A DNA stretch of 64,000 nucleotides, taken from assembly GCF_964204645.1 (NCBI RefSeq), contig NC_134027.1, positions 18,748,560 to 18,812,559 on the forward strand. Reading direction: 5' to 3'. This document shows, piece after piece, positions 62,208 through 64,000 of the stretch (position 1 is the stretch's first letter; every line of letters starts with the position of its first letter). A program made the position numbers and the translations under genes. Source of the stretch: Tubulanus polymorphus (taxonomy: Eukaryota; Animalia; Nemertea). The notes under the pieces were generated by a model. The model ran no database searches. It saw nothing but the letters and a program-made list of their open reading frames with translations, and was not told where the DNA came from.

Positions 62208-62318
62208 ACACAAGAAAACTGTAAAGCGGGCTCATGAAATAGAAATAGAACATCAGAAACAGCAAGTTTAAACATCAGATAATTAGACTTCAGTAACTGC
62301 TGACAATATTTCGCAATC

Positions 62319-64000
62319 ATGGCTGATGTTGATGCAACCGGAATTACTTCAAAACGTGGTTTAGGTGAGCTGAAAAAGCTTAAGAAAATAGAAAAAAGCA
62401 CTTTGAGTAGACTCCTAACAAAATTGACAGCAAAGGTCTTAGAAAGTAAAGAAGATACTGATGGTAGTCAAGTATTAGAAATAATAGACAATATTCATGA
62501 GAAAAGAGATTTAGTCCTGTCAGTACTAGATGAGTTAGAACAACTCCACTTAACAGAAAACAACAGTAAAGGCGTTCAGAATATTCAAGCTGAAGCAGAA
62601 GAGGTTTTTAATTCAACAGAATATGAAATAGAAAAGGCTCGCTCTCTGTTATTGAATCGGTCGGTCAATGAATCTAATGACACGAGTAAAAAGAAAACGT
62701 CCACTCCAAGAAAGAGAATTAGCCTTGAAGAAGATGAATCGTCGGTTACGGCAGCTGTTTCCAAACTTGAACGCATAAAAGTTCCTGTATTTGATGGAAA
62801 TAAGTTGACATTCGACAGTTACTGGACGGCCTTCGTGAACGTAGTTGACAGTACAGATGAACCAGCAGCTAATAAAATGCTACGGTTGATGAACTCGTTG
62901 AAAGGAAAAGCTATTGATACCATAAAGGGTTTCAGTTATAGCTAAGAGGAATACGAAGCGGCAAAAAAGTTACTCGTTCAGAAGTTCGGTGGTGATCGAA
63001 GGAAACTACAGGGATATTTAGATGAATTGGAAAAGTCAGAAAAGCCGTCAGTTTATGATATCGACAAATTAGAAATATTGTCGGATAATCTCGTCGTTGC
63101 ATTAGCAAAATTGAAAGCTGGAGGAAAAGGTGATGATCTCGGTGATGGTGCTTGGTATAGCATTGTATCTCGAAAGATTCCTGAGATATTGCTTGTACAG
63201 TACTATGACTGGTTAAGCTCGAGATCATGTGACGAAGGTCTAGCTTCCTTAAGTGAATGGTTTTCAGAAGTCGTTGCGCGAAAGGTGAAAGCTCGTGAAG
63301 CAGTTAAGGGTCTTCATGGAGTATCAAATGATTCGAAGACTGTTGATAGAAAATTACCGAATAAACGTAGTGGTACCTTCGTGGGTAATTCAGTAAAATG
63401 TAGCGTGTGTGGAATGGATCACACTGAAGTAAAATGCGACCGTTTCCGAAAGATGAAAATCGATGAACGTTGGACTACTGCAAAAAGGCTTGGTTTATGT
63501 TTTCGATGTTTACGTCCGTATCACCGTGGTTCGGATTGTAATAGTAGACGACAGTGTGGAGTATCTGGCTGTACTCTAACACACAGTTCGATGTTGCATC
63601 GACCGAAGTTTAAGAAATCAGAAACTTATGATTGGGAAAATAAAGATGATGAAACTACAGATCAAGAAACTATCCAGTCGTCATTAGAAACTGACGTAAA
63701 AAAGAATGGTTCGTTTATGGCGAAGCAGATATATGCTATAGATAGTTCAGTGAACGTTGGAATGAGAACTCTTCCTATCTATATTGGTGATGGTCATGAT
63801 AAACGTCAGATAATAGTTCTTCTAGATGAGTGCAGTGACATTAGTTACCTCAGTACTCACGCTGTATCGCATATGCGTAATTTGAAATATAACAATGAAG
63901 CTTTGACGGTTAAATTATTCGATGGTTCGGAAATTTCAACGAAATCGAAAGTTTGTGATGTAAACATAAGACATTACAACGGTTCAGATAAAATCTTAGC
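62319..64000 (+). pseudogene. BEL/Pao gag-pol with an in-frame stop
   Basis: LERIKVPVFDG..F..YW..F (DUF1759-type gag); TAA at 62943-62945, after which the frame continues; three Cys/His knuckles (CSVCGMDH, CFRCLRPYH, CGVSGCTLTH); protease motif LLDECS. Confidence 0.88.

Larger units (their letters stand above)
62041..64000 (+). mobile_element. BEL/Pao LTR retrotransposon, 5' part
   Basis: Candidate LTR ending CA near 62184 (its start is uncertain), then a PBS and a gag-protease frame running off the window. Confidence 0.88.

Overview
This is AT-rich eukaryotic (animal-like) genomic DNA; the species cannot be identified from the window. A spliced minus-strand gene resembling CFAP20DC (C3orf67) runs across most of it, with at least 11 phase-compatible GT-AG exons from 60414 down to 8905; exon 1 was not found and probably lies beyond the window. 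Its introns are full of mobile DNA. The centrepiece lies in a 24.9-kb intron: a 16.7-kb composite element (12614-29287) with AGT...ACT inverted termini and a 6-bp target duplication (GACGTT). It is a ~4.4-kb non-autonomous, fold-back Polinton/Maverick-like element. Each of its two ~2.1-kb arms carries a near-identical ~6.1-kb DIRS1-type tyrosine-recombinase retrotransposon, but at different sites about 540 bp apart within the same host ORF, so these are two independent insertions in mirror orientation. Two further fragments of the Polinton-like family occur at 45691-47764 (with a decayed penton-like gene) and 54792-55753. Also present: a BEL/Pao LTR element at the right edge, Helentron/HINE-like elements with ~154-bp satellite arrays, several MITEs and a LINE remnant. 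All family assignments come from motif recognition by eye; no database search was run.
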